A stretch of 64,000 nucleotides of DNA from an uncultured Alphaproteobacteria bacterium. Its GTDB lineage: Bacteria; Pseudomonadota; Alphaproteobacteria; Rhodobacterales; Rhodobacteraceae. Below the pieces are notes generated by a model that searched no databases, had not been told where the DNA came from, and worked only from the letters and a program-made list of their open reading frames with translations. This document shows positions 21,346 to 33,594 of this stretch, one piece after another. Where the stretch lies: positions 323,618 to 387,617 of the forward strand of contig CAVZBD010000002.1 of the NCBI GenBank assembly GCA_963773475.1, written 5' to 3'. The translations under genes were made by a program, and so were the position numbers. Numbering within the stretch: the stretch's first letter is position 1; every line of letters begins with the position of its first letter.

Positions 21346-21420
21346 GGCGGCGGCGATACCAGGGAGGAGGGTATCGCCGCCAGGAGAACAGAAGACCCAG
21401 GGAGGAGGAGGGGCCTTCTG
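21346..21420 (-). ncRNA. ccsR: CcsR/cuckoo sRNA copy 1 (divergent)
   Basis: Two hairpins, both with CCUCCUCCC loops (GGGAGGAGG on the + strand at ~21362 and ~21400), directly after the DUF1127 stop. Confidence 0.85.
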
Positions 21421-21434
21421 ATCCCGTCGTTCCG

Positions 21435-21650
21435 TCAGCTGCTGTAGGCAGCCTCGTAAGCGATCCGCGCCACCTCGGAACGGTGGACGCCCAGATCGGC
21501 CAGCTCGCGATCGCTCAGGACGCTCAACTCGTCCAGCGTGCGCCGGTAAAGCGCGTGGCGCTGGCGGCGTTCCGACCAGCTCTTCGCAATCTCGGCCAGC
21601 CGGTCGACGATCCCGGCGCGCTGGCCGCGCTCTGCATTCACATATGCCAT
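21435..21650 (-). CDS. ccaF1: Small DUF1127 RNA-binding protein (CcaF1-like)
   Basis: Intact 71 aa, YRRTLDELSVLSDRELADLGVHRSEV; same arrangement as the DUF1127-CcsR locus of Rhodobacter (Cereibacter) sphaeroides. Confidence 0.88.
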   Translation of the reverse strand: MAYVNAERGQRAGIVDRLAEIAKSWSERRQRHALYRRTLDELSVLSDRELADLGVHRSEVARIAYEAAYSS

Positions 21651-21753
21651 GTCTCAGCCTCAAACTCTTGAAGACGACGTCCGTCGCCGCCTGCGTTGCC
21701 TGTAAATTACCCCGATGCTGCGATTGCACAATGGCCGGGTCTACAATGCTGCC

Positions 21754-21768
21754 ATGCAGAAACCGCAT
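21754..21768. promoter_or_regulatory. LysR-type dyad ATGC-N7-GCAT upstream of the DUF1127 gene
   Basis: ATGCAGAAACCGCAT (T-N11-A core). LsrB/VtlR-type LysR regulators are known to control DUF1127 genes in Rhizobiales; the assignment here is inference. Confidence 0.5.
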
Positions 21769-22062
21769 ATATTCTGCTTACCTAATATTTAGGCTTCTCT
21801 GCCCGCGAAACGGGCCGAAGCGGGACGGGCCGGCGCACGGGAATGGGTGGGACCGTGGCGCCCCAAGGGGCCGCCGCGGTGCCCCCAGCCCCTCGGCGCC
21901 CTCCGCTCCGGGCCCCCGATTCCGATTTTTTTCGCGTATTCCCGGCCCGCCCAGATCTTGCGTGCACCCCCTCGGACTCGCGCCTTTTACACCTACAGGT
22001 TGTGCCAAGGCGGCTGGCTCAGCGGCCGCGGCGGGGGTGTCTGGCCCTCCGCGACCATAATT

Positions 22063-22087
22063 TCCCCTTGCGTCCCGTGAATTCCCG
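22063..22087. promoter_or_regulatory. Putative MraZ operator: three 10-bp-spaced direct repeats at the dcw promoter
   Basis: TCCC at 22063, 22073 and 22083 (NGGGA on the minus strand), resembling TGGGN-N5 MraZ boxes; overlaps a TTGCGT -35-like hexamer. Confidence 0.6.
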
Positions 22088-22104
22088 TGGCATCAAGATC
22101 CTGC

Positions 22105-22302
22105 GATGAGACGGAACAGGGGCATCAAAGACCCCAAGGCAGAGCAGGTTTCATACAGGCACCCGCTTCATCGACATGAGAGATCCGGCGCGCGGGCGAG
22201 CAGACATCCCCCCAGGTGGCGCGCGCAGTCGGACGCAACCCAGCGACGGGACGAGGGCGGCGGATCGGGCAGTGGCAGCAGCCCGATCCGCCGTTTTCGT
22301 TT
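22105..22302 (+). ncRNA. upsM: UpsM-like sRNA (terminated 5' leader of the mraZ/dcw operon)
   Basis: ~200 nt leader upstream of mraZ ending in a strong intrinsic terminator; position and size agree with UpsM of Rhodobacteraceae. The 5' end is estimated. Confidence 0.75.
22258..22302 (+). terminator. Intrinsic terminator in the mraZ leader
   Basis: CGGCGGATCGGGC-N10-GCCCGATCCGCCG (13-bp perfect stem) followed by TTTTCGTTT. Confidence 0.85.
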
Positions 22303-22341
22303 GCCGGGCGCACCGGGAAGGACGAGGAGCCGGTCGGGACA

Positions 22342-22847
22342 GTGGCGCGCAGGTTCAGAGGCGAAATCCGCCACAAGGTGGACGCCAAGGGGCGGGTGTC
22401 GATTCCCGCCGACTTCCGCCGCGTCCTCGAGGCCGGCGACCCCGACTTCGACCGACGGACTGCGCCCGCAGCTCGTGATCGTCTACGGCGACCCCGGCGC
22501 GACCTACCTCGAATGCTTCACGATCGAGGCGATCGACCGAGGTCGACCGCAAGATCGCCGACCTGCCGCGCGGCTCCAAGCGAGCGGCGGATGCTGCGAG
22601 CGGCTGTTCAACGGCCAGTCGCTGCCAGACCGCGATCGACGACGACGGCCGCATCGTCCTGCCGCAGAAGCTGCGCGACAAGATCGGCCTCGACGGGCGA
22701 GGCGCTATTTCATCGGCGTCGGCGACACCTTCCAGATCTGGAAGCCCGAGACCTACGAGACGCGATGACGACGCGAGTGCTCGACGACTGGCTGCGACGC
22801 CCGACGACTCGACCCGCTCGTCGCTGCTCGACCGACGAGGAGCCTGA
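22342..22847 (+). CDS. mraZ: Division/cell wall cluster transcriptional repressor MraZ (frameshifted)
   Basis: GTG start, ARRFRGEIRHKVDAKGRVSIPADFRRVL, DDDGRIVLPQKLR, FIGVGDTFQIWKPE. Confidence 0.9.
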
Positions 22848-22850
22848 GCG

Positions 22851-23849
22851 ATGGCCGCGACGGTCCGACACCGCCGCAGCCCCACGTCCCCGTCCTGCTC
22901 GCGCCCGCTGCTCGAGCCGTGGCGCCGGTGCAGGGCGTCTGGCTCGACGGCACCTTCGGCGCGGGCGGCTATACCCGCGGCGCTGCTGGAGGCCGGGGCC
23001 GAGAGGGTGATCGGCGTCGACCGCGACCCGCTGGTCTTCGAGATGGCGCAGGACTGGGCCGGCGACTACGGCGACCGGCTGCGGCTGGTGCGAGGGCACG
23101 TTCTCCGAGCTCGACGACTACGCGCAGGCGAGCCGCTCGACGGCGTGGTGCTCGACCTCGGCGTCGTCGTCGATGCAGCTCGACCAGGCCGAGCGCGGCT
23201 TTTCCTTCCTGCGCGACGGCCCGCTCGACATGCGGATGGGCGCAGGAGGGGCCGACCGCCGCCGACCTGGTCAACACGCCGGCCGAGGCGGAGCTGGCCG
23301 ACATCCTCTATCACTACGGCGAGGAGCGCGCCTCGCGCCGGATCGCCCGCGCCATCGTGCGCCGCGCGCCGGCGCCGATCGACGACGCACGCGCGCAGCT
23401 GGCGCGGATCGTCGAGGGCTGCCTGCCGCGCCCGAAGCCGGGCCAGAGCCACCCCGCGACGCGCACGCTTCCAGGCGCTGCGCATCGCGGTGAACGACGA
23501 ATTCGGCGAGCTGGTCGCGGGGCTCGAGGCGGCCGAGCGCGCGCTGAAGCCGGGCGGCAGGCTGGCCGTCGTCACCTTCCATTCGCTCGAGGACCGGATG
23601 GTGAAGCGGTTCCTCCAGCCGCGCTCGCGGCGCGCGGCGGCCGGCGCGCAGCCGCTACGCCCCGGCGCGTGGAGGCCGACGCGCCGCGCTTCGACGCTGC
23701 TGACGCGCAAGGCCGTCGCGGCCCGACGAGGACGAGAGCTGGCCGCGAACCCGCGCGCCCGCTCGGCCCGGCTGCGGGTGGCGCGCGCGCACCGAGGCGC
23801 CGGCCGGCGCCGATCGGACCGCGCGCGACTGGGCCTGCCGAATCGATGA
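22851..23849 (+). CDS. rsmH: 16S rRNA m4C1402 methyltransferase (frameshifted)
   Basis: [65 protein letters not shown]. Confidence 0.92.
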   Translation: MAATVRHRRSPTSPSCSRPLLEPWRRCRASGSTAPSARAAIPAALLEAGAERVIGVDRDPLVFEMAQDWAGDYGDRLRLVRGHVLRARRLRAGEPLDGVVLDLGVVVDAARPGRARLFLPARRPARHADGRRRGRPPPTWSTRRPRRSWPTSSITTARSAPRAGSPAPSCAARRRRSTTHARSWRGSSRAACRARSRARATPRRARFQALRIAVNDEFGELVAGLEAAERALKPGGRLAVVTFHSLEDRMVKRFLQPRSRRAAAGAQPLRPGAWRPTRRASTLLTRKAVAARRGRELAANPRARSARLRVARAHRGAGRRRSDRARLGLPNR

Positions 23850-23865
23850 CGGGGCGGACGGAGAC

Positions 23866-24231
23866 ATGATGCGGCGTCTGTCTACGTGCTGTCCGCGCTG
23901 GCCGTCATGGGGCTGGCCTTCTGGGCCTACCGCGAGAACTACGCGACCCAGGAGGCGCTGAGCGAGCGTCGCGCGGCCTGCAGCGCCGAGATCGGCGACG
24001 CTGCGCGAGACGCTGGCGATGCTGCGGGCCGAATGGGCCTATCTGAACCGGCCCGACCGGCTGCGCGACCTGGCCGAGCTGAACTTCGACCGGCTGGGCC
24101 TGCTGCCGCTGGCGCCCGAGCAGTTCGGCGCGCGTCGACGCAGGTCGCCTATCCGCCCGACAGCCGGCCGATCGCCGATCCCGCCGACCGTCGACCCGGT
24201 CCGCGCCGTCCTGCGAGGAGACCAGCCATGA
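23866..24231 (+). CDS. ftsL: Cell division protein FtsL (frameshifted)
   Basis: [36 protein letters not shown]; located between rsmH and ftsI. Confidence 0.85.
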
Positions 24232-26048
24232 TCCGCACGCCCCTGCGCCCGCTGGCCCGCATCCTCGAGGCCCGCGCCAAGGGCGAGAACCCCGACGCCA
24301 TCGAGCGCGAGAACCTGCGCCTGCGCCACGAGGAGATGCGCGACCGCGCGCGCGCCAGCGCGCCGAGGGGCGGCTGCTGGTGCTGGGCGCCTTCTTCCTG
24401 CTGCGCCTTCTGCGCCATCGGCGTGCGGATGGGCGCGATCGCCGCCTCCGAGCCCGAGGAGCCGCGCGCCGCGCGCCATCGGCGCCGCGATCATCGCGCA
24501 GCGCGCCGACATCGTCGACCGCAACGGCCGGATCCTGGCCACCAACCTCGACGACCCACTCGCTCTACGCCCAGCCGCACGCACATGATCGACCCGGCCG
24601 CGCGCCGCGCACGAGCTGGCGCAGATCTTCCCCGACCTCGACGAGGACCGGCTGCTCGAGCGATTCACCGGCAAGCGCAAGTTCCTCTGGATCAAGACGC
24701 CGATCTCAGCCCCGAGCAGATGCAGGCGGTGCACGACATCGGCGATCCCGGCCTGCTGTTCGGCCCGCGCGAGATGCGGCTCTACCCAACGGCCGGCTCG
24801 CCGCGCACGTCCTCGGCGGCGCCGCGCTTCGGGCGCGAGGGCGTCGCATTCGGCCGAGGTGATCGGCGTCGCCGGGGTCGAGAAGGCGTTCGACGACTGC
24901 CTGCGCGACCCCGCGCAACGACGGCCAGCCGCTGCGAGCTGTCGCTCGACCTGACGGTGCAGGCCGCGATGCGAGCGAGGTGCTGGACGGCGGCATGAAG
25001 CTGATGAACGCCAAGGGCGCGGCGGCGGTGCTGATGGACGTCGCACACCGGCGAGATCATCGCCATGGCCTCGCTGCCCGACTTCGACCCCAACGACCGG
25101 CCGCGCCCGCCTGACCAAGGGCGACCCGTCCGACAGCCCGCTGTTCAACCGCGCGGTGCAGGGCGTCTACGAGCTGGGCTCGACCTTCAAGATCTTCGCC
25201 GTCGGCGCAGGCGATGGAGCTGGGCCTCGTCAACCCCGCACACGATGATCGACACCAAGGGGCCGATGCGCTGGGGCCGGTTCCGCATCCGCGACTTCCA
25301 CAACTACGGCGCCGAGCTGTCGGTGACCGACGTGATCGTGAAGTCCTCCAACATCGGCACCGCCCGGATCGCGATGCAGATCGGCGCCGAGCGGCAGCAG
25401 GCCTTCCTGCGGCAAGCTGGGCTTGCTCGAGCCGACGCCGGTCGAGCTGGTCGAGGCGCCCGGCGGCCGAGCCGCTGCTGCCGCAGCAACTGGTCCGAGA
25501 TCGTCGACGATGACGATCATCCTACGGCCACGGCCTGTCGGCCAGCCCGCTGCACCTCGCCGCGGCCTATGCCTCGCTCGCTGAACGGCGGCACGCGGGT
25601 GCACGCCGACGCTGCTGAAGCGCGACACGGCCGCAGCCGCGGCGAGCGGGTCGTCTCGCGACCGACGTCGCGCCAGCGCCGCGCGACATGCTGCGCGCAG
25701 GTCGTGACGCGCGGCACCGCCAGCTTCGGCGAGGTGCCGGGCTACGAGGTCGGCGGCAAGACCGGCACCGCCGACAAGCCGAAGCCGAACGCGGCGGCTA
25801 CTACGACGACAAGGTCATCGCCACCTTCGCCGCGATCTTCCCGGCCGACGATCCGAAATACGTGCTGGTCGTCACGCTGGACGAGCCCGAGCGAGACGCT
25901 CGGGCGACCGAGCCGCGCCGCACCGCCGGCTGGACCGCCGTGCCGGTCGCCGCCGAGATGATCCGGCGCGTCGCGCCCGCTGCTGGGGCTGCGGCCCGCA
26001 GATTGAACCCGACGGCTCGATCGGGGTAACACTCGGCGACGCAACTAG
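24228..26048 (+). CDS. ftsI: Septal transpeptidase PBP3 (frameshifted)
   Basis: [27 protein letters not shown] (SxxK), KSSNIG (SxN), GGKTGTA (KTG). Confidence 0.92.
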
Positions 26049-26068
26049 AACGCGGGGGCCGGGCGAGC

Positions 26069-27594
26069 ATGGGAACACGGGCGCAGCGCAAGACGACCTG
26101 GCCGAGCTGGGGCTGACGGCGCAGGGCGGGCGCGACGTGCCGCGATCACCGGGCCTCGCCGTCGACAGCCGCGACGGTGCGCGCCGGGCAACCTCTTCGC
26201 GGCGCTGCCCGGCACGCCGGGTCCACGGCGCGCGAGTTCATCCAGTACGCGCTGCAGCATGGGCGCCGCGCGCGATCCTGACCGACCGCGAGGGCGCGCG
26301 CATCGCCGCCGAGGCGCTGGCCGCGGCCGAGCGCCGCGCTGGTCGTGGCCGAGGATCCGCGCCAGGCGCTGGCCTACGCCGCGGCGCTGTGGTTCGGCGC
26401 GCAGCCCGAGACGGTGGTCGCGGTCACCGGCACCAACGGCAAGACCTCGCGTCGCCACCTTCACCCGCCAGATCTGGGAGGCGCTGGGCCTACGCCGGCG
26501 ATCAACATCGGCACCACCGGGCGTCGAGGGCGCCTGGTCGCGCGCCGCTGGCGCACACCACGCCCGAGCCGATCACCCTGCACCGCGTGCTGGCCGAGGC
26601 GGCCGAGGCCGGGCGTCACCCACGCGGCGATGGAGGCCTCGTCCCACGGGCTCGACCAGCGGCGGCTCGACGGGGTGCGGCTGCGCGCGGCGGCCTTCAC
26701 CAACTTCACGCCAGGACCACCTGGACTATCACGCAGACTTCGAGGCCTATTTCGCCGCCAAGGCGGGGCTGTTCGACCGCGTCCTGCCCGAGGACGGCAT
26801 GGCCGTCGTCAACCTCGACGACCCGCGCGGCGCCGACGATGGCCGAGCATCGCCGCACGACGCGCGGGCAGGAGGTGCTGACCGTGGGCCGCGGCCGAGG
26901 GCGCGACGCTGCGCATCCTCGGCCAGCGCTTCGACGCCACCGGGCAGGACCTGCGCTTCGCCTGGAACGGCGCGGCCCGGCAGGTGCGGCTGGACCTGAT
27001 CGGCGGCTTCCAGGCCGAGAACGTGCTGGTCGCCGCCGGGCCTGGCCATCGCCGCCGGCGCCGAGCCCGGCGGACGTCTTCGCGGCGCTGCCGCGGCTCG
27101 ACGACCGTGCGCGGCCGGATGCAGCTCGCCGCGACGCCGCGACAACGGCGCCGCGGTCTTCGTCGACTACGCCCACACGCCCGACGCGCTCGCGACCGCG
27201 CTGCACGGCGCTGCGGCCGCATGTGCATGGGCCGGCTGGTCGTGGTCTTCGGCGCCGGCGGCGACCGCGACCGCGGCAAGCGGCCGCTGATGGGCGCAGG
27301 CGGCGGCGCGAGCATGCCGACGTGGTCATCGTCACCGACGACAACCCCCGCAGCGAGGATCCCGCCGACGATCCGCGCCGCGGTCCTGCGAGGGCTGCCC
27401 CGACGCGATCGAGGTCGGCGACCGGGCCGAGGCGATCCTGCGCGGCGTCGACGCGCTCGAGCCGGGCGACGCGCTGCTGATCGCCGGCAAGGGGCACGAG
27501 ACCGGGCAGATCGTCGGCGACGACCGTCTATCCCTTCGACGACGTCGAACAGGCCAGCGTCGCGGTCGCCGCGCTCGACGGGCGGGTGGCATGA
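26069..27594 (+). CDS. murE: UDP-MurNAc-tripeptide synthetase (frameshifted)
   Basis: [59 protein letters not shown]. Confidence 0.92.
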
Positions 27595-29088
27595 CCGCGC
27601 TCTGGACCGCCGCCGAGGCCGCGCGCGGCGACGGGCGGCGCGGCGACGCGGCGACTGGGCGGCCACCGGCGTCTCGATCGACACCCGCACGCTGCGCCCG
27701 GGCGATCTGTTCGTGGCGCTGACGCGACGCGCGCGACGGGCACGACTTCGTGGCCGCAGGCGCTGGACAAGGGCGCCGCCGCGGCGCTGGTCTCGCCGCA
27801 TGCCCGACGGGCGTGGCCGCCGACGCGCCGCTGCTGTCGTGCGCCGACGTGCTGCCGGCGCTGGAGGCGCTCGGCGCGCGCGGGCCGGGCGCGCACGCGG
27901 CGCGCGCGTCGTCGCGCGTCACCGGCTCGGTCGGCAAGACCTCGACCAAGGAGATGCTGCGCGCGCGTGCTCGCCGGGCAGGGCCGCGATCCACGCCGCC
28001 GAGGCGAGCTACAACAACCACTGGGGCGTGCCGCTGACGCTGGCGCGGATGCCGCGCCGACACCGACTTCGCGGTGATCGAGATCGGCATGAACCACCCC
28101 GGCGAGATCGCGCCGCTGGCGCGGCTGGCGCGGCCGCATGTGGCGATGGTCACCACCGTCGCCGCCGGCGCATCTGGAGGCCTTCGACAGCCTCGACGGG
28201 CATCGCCCGCGAGAAGGCGTCGATCTTCGAGGGGCTGGAGCCCGGCGGCACCGCGGTCTGCAACGGCGACCTCGCCACCGACGCCGATCCTGCGCCGAGG
28301 CCGCGGCGCCGCGGCGCGCGCGCGTCGTGACCTTCGGCACGGCGGCAGGGCAGACCATCCGCCTGCGCGACGACCTGCGCTGCAGCGACGACGCCACGGT
28401 GGCCACGGCGCGGGCCTGGCGCACGCCGCGTGCCTGCTTCAAGATCGCGCAGCCGCGGGCGGCACTTCGCGCATGAACGCGCTCGGCGTGCTGGCGGCCG
28501 TGCGCGGCGCTGGGCGCCGATCCGGCGCTGGCGGCGCATGCGACCTCGGCCGCTGGGCGCCGCCCGACGGGCCGCGGCACGCGCGAGACGCATCGTGCTC
28601 GACACCGGCCGGACGAGCAGCTGACGCTTCGACGCTGATCGACGACGCCTTCAACGCCAACCCGGCCTCGATGGCCGCGGCGCTCGACGTGCTGGCGCGC
28701 CGCCGAGCCGACGCGACGGCGTCGGCCGCGTCGTCGCGCGGGCCGGCGCATCGCGATCCTGGGCGACATGCTGGAGCTGGGCGCCGACGAGACGCGCGCT
28801 GCACGCCGCGCTGGCGCGAGCACCCGGCGATGGCGCGCGTGCGACGTCGTGCATTGCGTCGGGCCCGCGGATGCGCGCGCTGCTGCGAGGCGCTGCCCGC
28901 CGGCAGCGCGGCCACTGGGCCGCGACGGCCGAGGATCTGGCGCGCCGCAGGCCACGCGCTGGTCGATGCCGGCGACGTCGTGCTGGTGAAGGGCTCGAAG
29001 GGCAGCCGGTGTCAGCCGCGTCGTTGACGCGATCCGCAAACTGGGCCATCGGCGCGCCGACGGACAGAACGAGGGGCGAGCTGCATGC
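27591..29088 (+). CDS. murF: UDP-MurNAc-pentapeptide synthetase (frameshifted; end approximate)
   Basis: [71 protein letters not shown]. Confidence 0.9.
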
Positions 29089-30181
29089 TCTACTGGCTGA
29101 CCGAGCTCTCCGACGGCGGCGACTTCTTCAACCTGTTCCGCTACATCACCTTCCGCGCGGGCGGCGCGTTCTTCACCGCGCTGATCTTCGGCTTCATGTT
29201 CGGCCGGCCGCTGATCAACGTGCTGCGCCGGCGCCAGGGCAAGGGCCAGCCGATCCGCGACCGACGGGCCCGAGAGCCACCTCGTCGCCAAGGCGGGCAC
29301 GCCGACCATGGGCGGCGCTGCTGATCCTCGGCGCGCTGGTCGTCTCGACGCTGCTCTGGGCGCGGCTCGACAACGGCTATGTCTGGATGGTGCTGTTCGT
29401 CACCGTGGGCTTCGGCGCTGATCGGCTTCGCCGACGACTACGCCAAGGTGACCAAGCAGACACCACCGACGGCGTGTCGGGCCGGGTGCGGCTCGCGCTC
29501 GGCTTCGCTCATCGCCGGCGATCGCCGGCGTGCTGGGCGGCGCAGCTGCACCCGGCGGAGCTGAGCGTACCAGCTGGCCTTGCCGGTGTTCAAGGACGTG
29601 CTGCTGAACCTCGGCGTGTTCTTCGTGCCCTTCGCGATGCTCGTGATCGTGGGCGCGGCCAACGCGGTGAACCTGACCGACGGGCTGGACGGGCTGGCGA
29701 TCATGCCGGTGATGATCGCGGCCGGCACGCTGGGCGTCATCGCCTATGCCGTGGGCCGGGTCGACTTCACCGACTATCTCGACGTGCACTACGTCCCCGG
29801 CACGGGCGAGATCCTGGTCTTCACCGCCGGGCTGATCGGCGGGGGGCTGGGCTTCCTGTGGTACAACGCGCCCGCCCGCGGCGGTCTTCATGGGCGACAC
29901 CGGCAGCCTCGCGCTGGGCGGCGCGCTGGGGGCGATCGCGGTGGCCACCAAGCACGAGATCGTGCTGGCCATCGTCGGCGGGCTCTTCGTGGTCGAGGCG
30001 CTGAGCGGTCATCATCCAGGTGCTCTACTTCAAGCGCACCGGCAAGCGCGTGTTCCTGATGGCGCCGATCCACCACCATTTCGAGAAGAAGGGCTGGGCC
30101 GAGCCGCAGATCGTGATCCGCTTCTGGATCATCTCGCTGATCCTGGCGCTGATCGGGCTGGCCACGCTGAAGGTGCGCTGA
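29085..30181 (+). CDS. mraY: Phospho-MurNAc-pentapeptide transferase (frameshifted)
   Basis: [54 protein letters not shown]. Confidence 0.94.
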
Positions 30182-30282
30182 ACCGGCGGACGGGCGCTCG
30201 CGCTGCCCCCGCCTGCGCGCTGCCGCGCTCGTCGGGGGTATGGGCCGCGCAGGCGCTCGGCGCGCCTGCAGGTCGGGCGCCC

Positions 30283-31723
30283 ATGATCCCGGTCCCGGGC
30301 TCGAGGGCGCGCGGGTCGCGGTGCTGGGGCTCGGCCGCTCGGGCCTGGCCGCGGCGCGCGCGCTGCGGCGGGCGGCGCGATGCCCGCTGGTCTGGGACGA
30401 CAGCGCCGAGGGCCGCGCGCGCGGCCGAGGCCGAGGGGTTCGACGGTCGCCGACCTGACCCGCGCCGGCGCGCTGGGACGGCGATGGCGGCGCTGATCGT
30501 CTCGCCCGGCATCCCGCATCTCTACCCCGCGCCGCACCGCGGTGATCGCCGCGCGCGCTGGAGGCGGGCGTGCCGGTCGACAACGACATCGGCCTGTTCT
30601 TCCGCTCGCTCGCCACCGCCGACTGGGACGCGGTTCGACACGCCGCCGCGGGTGATCGCGGTCACCGGGTCGAACGGCAAGTCCACCACCTCGGCGCTGA
30701 TCCACCACGTCCTCGACGGCGCCGGGCGGCGCGGCGCAGCTGGCCGGCAACATCGGCCGCGGCGTGCTGGACCTCGACCCGCCCGGCGACGGCGAGGTGG
30801 TGGTGCTGGAGCTGTCGCTCCTACCAGACCGAGCTCGCCCGCGCGCTGACCCCGGACATCGCGGTCTTCACCAACCTCTCGCCCGACCACCTGGACCGGC
30901 ACGGCGGCCTGGGCGGCTATTTCGCGGCCAAGCGGCGGCTCTTCGCCGAGGGCGGGCCGGACCGCGCGGTGATCGGCGTGGACGAGGCCGAGGGCCGCTT
31001 CCTGGCCAACCAGCTGGCCGAGGGGCCGGCGGACGACCGGGTGATCCGCATCTCGGTCGGGCGCAGAAGCTGGGCGCGACCGGCTGGTCGGTCGTCGCGC
31101 GCAAGGGGTTCCTGGCCGAATGGCGCAAGGGCCGGCAGGTGGCCTCGATCGACCTGCGCGGCGATCGCCGGGGCTGCCGGGCGCGCACAACCACCAGAAC
31201 GCCTGCGCCGCCTATGCGTGCGCTGCGCGCGCTGGGGCTCGGCCCGCGCGAGATCGAGGCAGGCCTGCGCGAGCTTCGCCGGCCTGCCGCACCGCAGCCA
31301 GCTGGTGGCCGAGAGCGGCGGCGTGCGCCTTCGTCAACGACTGCAAGGCCACCAACGTCGACAGCGCGGCCAAGGCGCTGCAGGCCTTCGACCGCATCCG
31401 CTGGATCGCCGGCGGGCTGGGCAAGGAGGGCGGCATCGCCGCCCTGGCGCCGCACCTGGGCCGCGTCGCCAAGGCCTATCTGATCGGCCACTCGGCCGCG
31501 CGACTTCGCGCTGCAGCTGGGCGACACGCCGCACGAGGTCTGCGCGACGATGGAGGCCGCCGTCGCCCGCGCCGCGGCCGAGGCCGAGCCGGGCGAGACC
31601 GTGCTGCTGGCCCCGGCCGCGGCCAGCTTCGACCAGTACCCCAACTTCGAGGAGCGCGGCGAGGATTTCGTGGCCGAGGTGCGGCGACTGGCCGCGGCCG
31701 CCGGCGACGCGCCTCAGCGATAG
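30283..31723 (+). CDS. murD: UDP-MurNAc-L-Ala:D-Glu ligase (frameshifted)
   Basis: [55 protein letters not shown]. Confidence 0.92.
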
Positions 31724-32304
31724 GCCGACCGCCGCTCCTCGGCCGTCAGCAGGTGTACCTCGGCGACCGGCTGCCCCTCGGCGTCGAAGAACGGCGCGCG
31801 GCGGTGCGCCCCGGTCATCCGCCCTTCCAGCGTCAGCCGCGCGAACCGGCCGACGACCCGCATCAGCCCCGTGTCCGACCGGGGCGCCTTGCCGCCGGGC
31901 AGGGCCGAGGCGGTGTGGACATGCGCCACGACCGGGCCCAGGGCCGCCTCGACCTCGCCCCCCAGCGCGGCCACCGCGACCCCCCCGAACGGGATGCCGG
32001 CGCGCGGCGCGGTGTTGGCAAGCGGCGTCCCGCAGCAGCCCGCGTACCAGCGCAGCGGCCCGCGGCGGGTCATGCGCAGGCAGCGCAGCTCACTCGCGCC
32101 TTGGGCGAGTTCGACGCGGTCCGTCGTGGTCTGGAACAGGCGGGTGCCGCCGGCGGGACCGAGCACCTCGTCATGCCCCAGATGCCGTGCAAATGCGCGG
32201 CAGTCGGCGCAGTAGCAGACAAGATGCGTGCCCGCCGCCGGCGCGATCCGCGCCAGCCGTCCGGCGACGGCGCCGCAGGTGCAGCTCAACTCAAGGTCGA
32301 TCAT
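31714..32304 (-). CDS. DUF6151 / GFA-like Zn-binding protein
   Basis: Intact [18 protein letters not shown]...[13 protein letters not shown]...[15 protein letters not shown]...PFFD. Confidence 0.8.
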   Translation of the reverse strand: MIDLELSCTCGAVAGRLARIAPAAGTHLVCYCADCRAFARHLGHDEVLGPAGGTRLFQTTTDRVELAQGASELRCLRMTRRGPLRWYAGCCGTPLANTAPRAGIPFGGVAVAALGGEVEAALGPVVAHVHTASALPGGKAPRSDTGLMRVVGRFARLTLEGRMTGAHRRAPFFDAEGQPVAEVHLLTAEERRSAYR

Positions 32305-32426
32305 CGGCGTCTCCGGCGCGTCATCCCGTGGCGGCATCAGTCTGGCGCCGCCGCGCCGTTCGCGCTAGACTTGCATCGACAGACCCGGAAAAACGGGCAG
32401 GGCGAGGCAGTGAGCAGACGCGTCCC

Positions 32427-33594
32427 ATGACCGAAATGGTCTATGGCGCCGTTCCCGTTCGGGACGGCGAGCCGATCCTTCCGCGCTGGTGGCGGACGAT
32501 CGACAAGTGGTCGCTCGGCTGCGTCCTGCTGCTCTTCGGCATCGGCATCCTGCTGGGGCTCGCCGCCTCGCCGCCGCTGGCCGCGCGCAACGGCCTGCCG
32601 CCCTTCTACTACGTCCAGCGGCAGGCGGTCTTCGGGCTGGCGGCCCTGCTGGCGATGTTCGCTGACCTCGATGATGACGCCGGGCAGGTGCGCCGCCTCG
32701 CGGTGATCGGCTTCGCCGTCTCGCTTCGTGGCGCTCGCGCTCCTGCCGGTCCTGGGCACCGATTTCGGCAAGGGCGCGGTGCGCTGGTACTCGCTGGGCT
32801 TCGCCTCGGTGCAGCCGTCCGAGTTCCTCAAGCCGGGCTTCGTCGTCATCGCCGCCTGGCTGATGGCCGCGAGCAGGAGTCACCGGCCCGCCGGGCAAGC
32901 GCCTGTCGCTTCGCGCTGACCGTGGTCATCGTGGCGCTGCTGGCGCTGCAGCCCGACTTCGGCCAGGCCTGCCTGATCCTCTTCGCCTGGGGCGTGATGT
33001 ATTTCGTCGCCGGCGCGCCGATCGTGCTGCTGGTCGGCCTCGCCGGGCTGACGGTGGGGGCGGGCGTGATGGCCTACGGCGCTCCGAGCACTTCGCCCGC
33101 CGCATCGACGGCTTCCTGTCGGCCGACATCGACCCGCAGCACCCAGATCGGCTACGCCACCAACGCCATCGTCGAGGGCGGCTTCTTCGGCGTCGGCGTG
33201 GGCGAGGGGCAGGTGAAGTGGTCGCTGCCCGACGCGCATACCGACTTCATCATCGCCGTCGCGGCCGAGGAATACGGCCTCGTCCTGGTGCTGCGCATCA
33301 TCGCGCTCTACGCGCTGATCGTGGTGCGCGTCGCTGGTCCGCCTGATGCGCGAGCGCGACCCGTTCATCCGCCTGGCCGGCACCGGGCTCGCCTGCACCT
33401 TCGGCGTGCAGGCGATGATCAACATGGGCGTCGCGGTGCGGCTGCTGCCCGCCAAGGGCATGACGCTGCCCTTCGTCAGCTACGGCGGCTCGTCGCTGAT
33501 CGCCGGCCGGCATCGCCATGGGGATGCTGCTGGCCTTCACCCGGACCCGGCCCGCAGGGCGAGATCGCGCGACCTGCTGCTGAGGCGCGGCTGA
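32427..33594 (+). CDS. ftsW: SEDS peptidoglycan polymerase FtsW (frameshifted)
   Basis: MTEMVYG...[53 protein letters not shown]. Confidence 0.93.

Noticed and set aside
21102-21420. Three direct repeats as a CRISPR array or MITEs
   Set aside because: ~70-nt double hairpins with CCUCCUCCC loops after a DUF1127 gene are explained by CcsR/cuckoo sRNAs.
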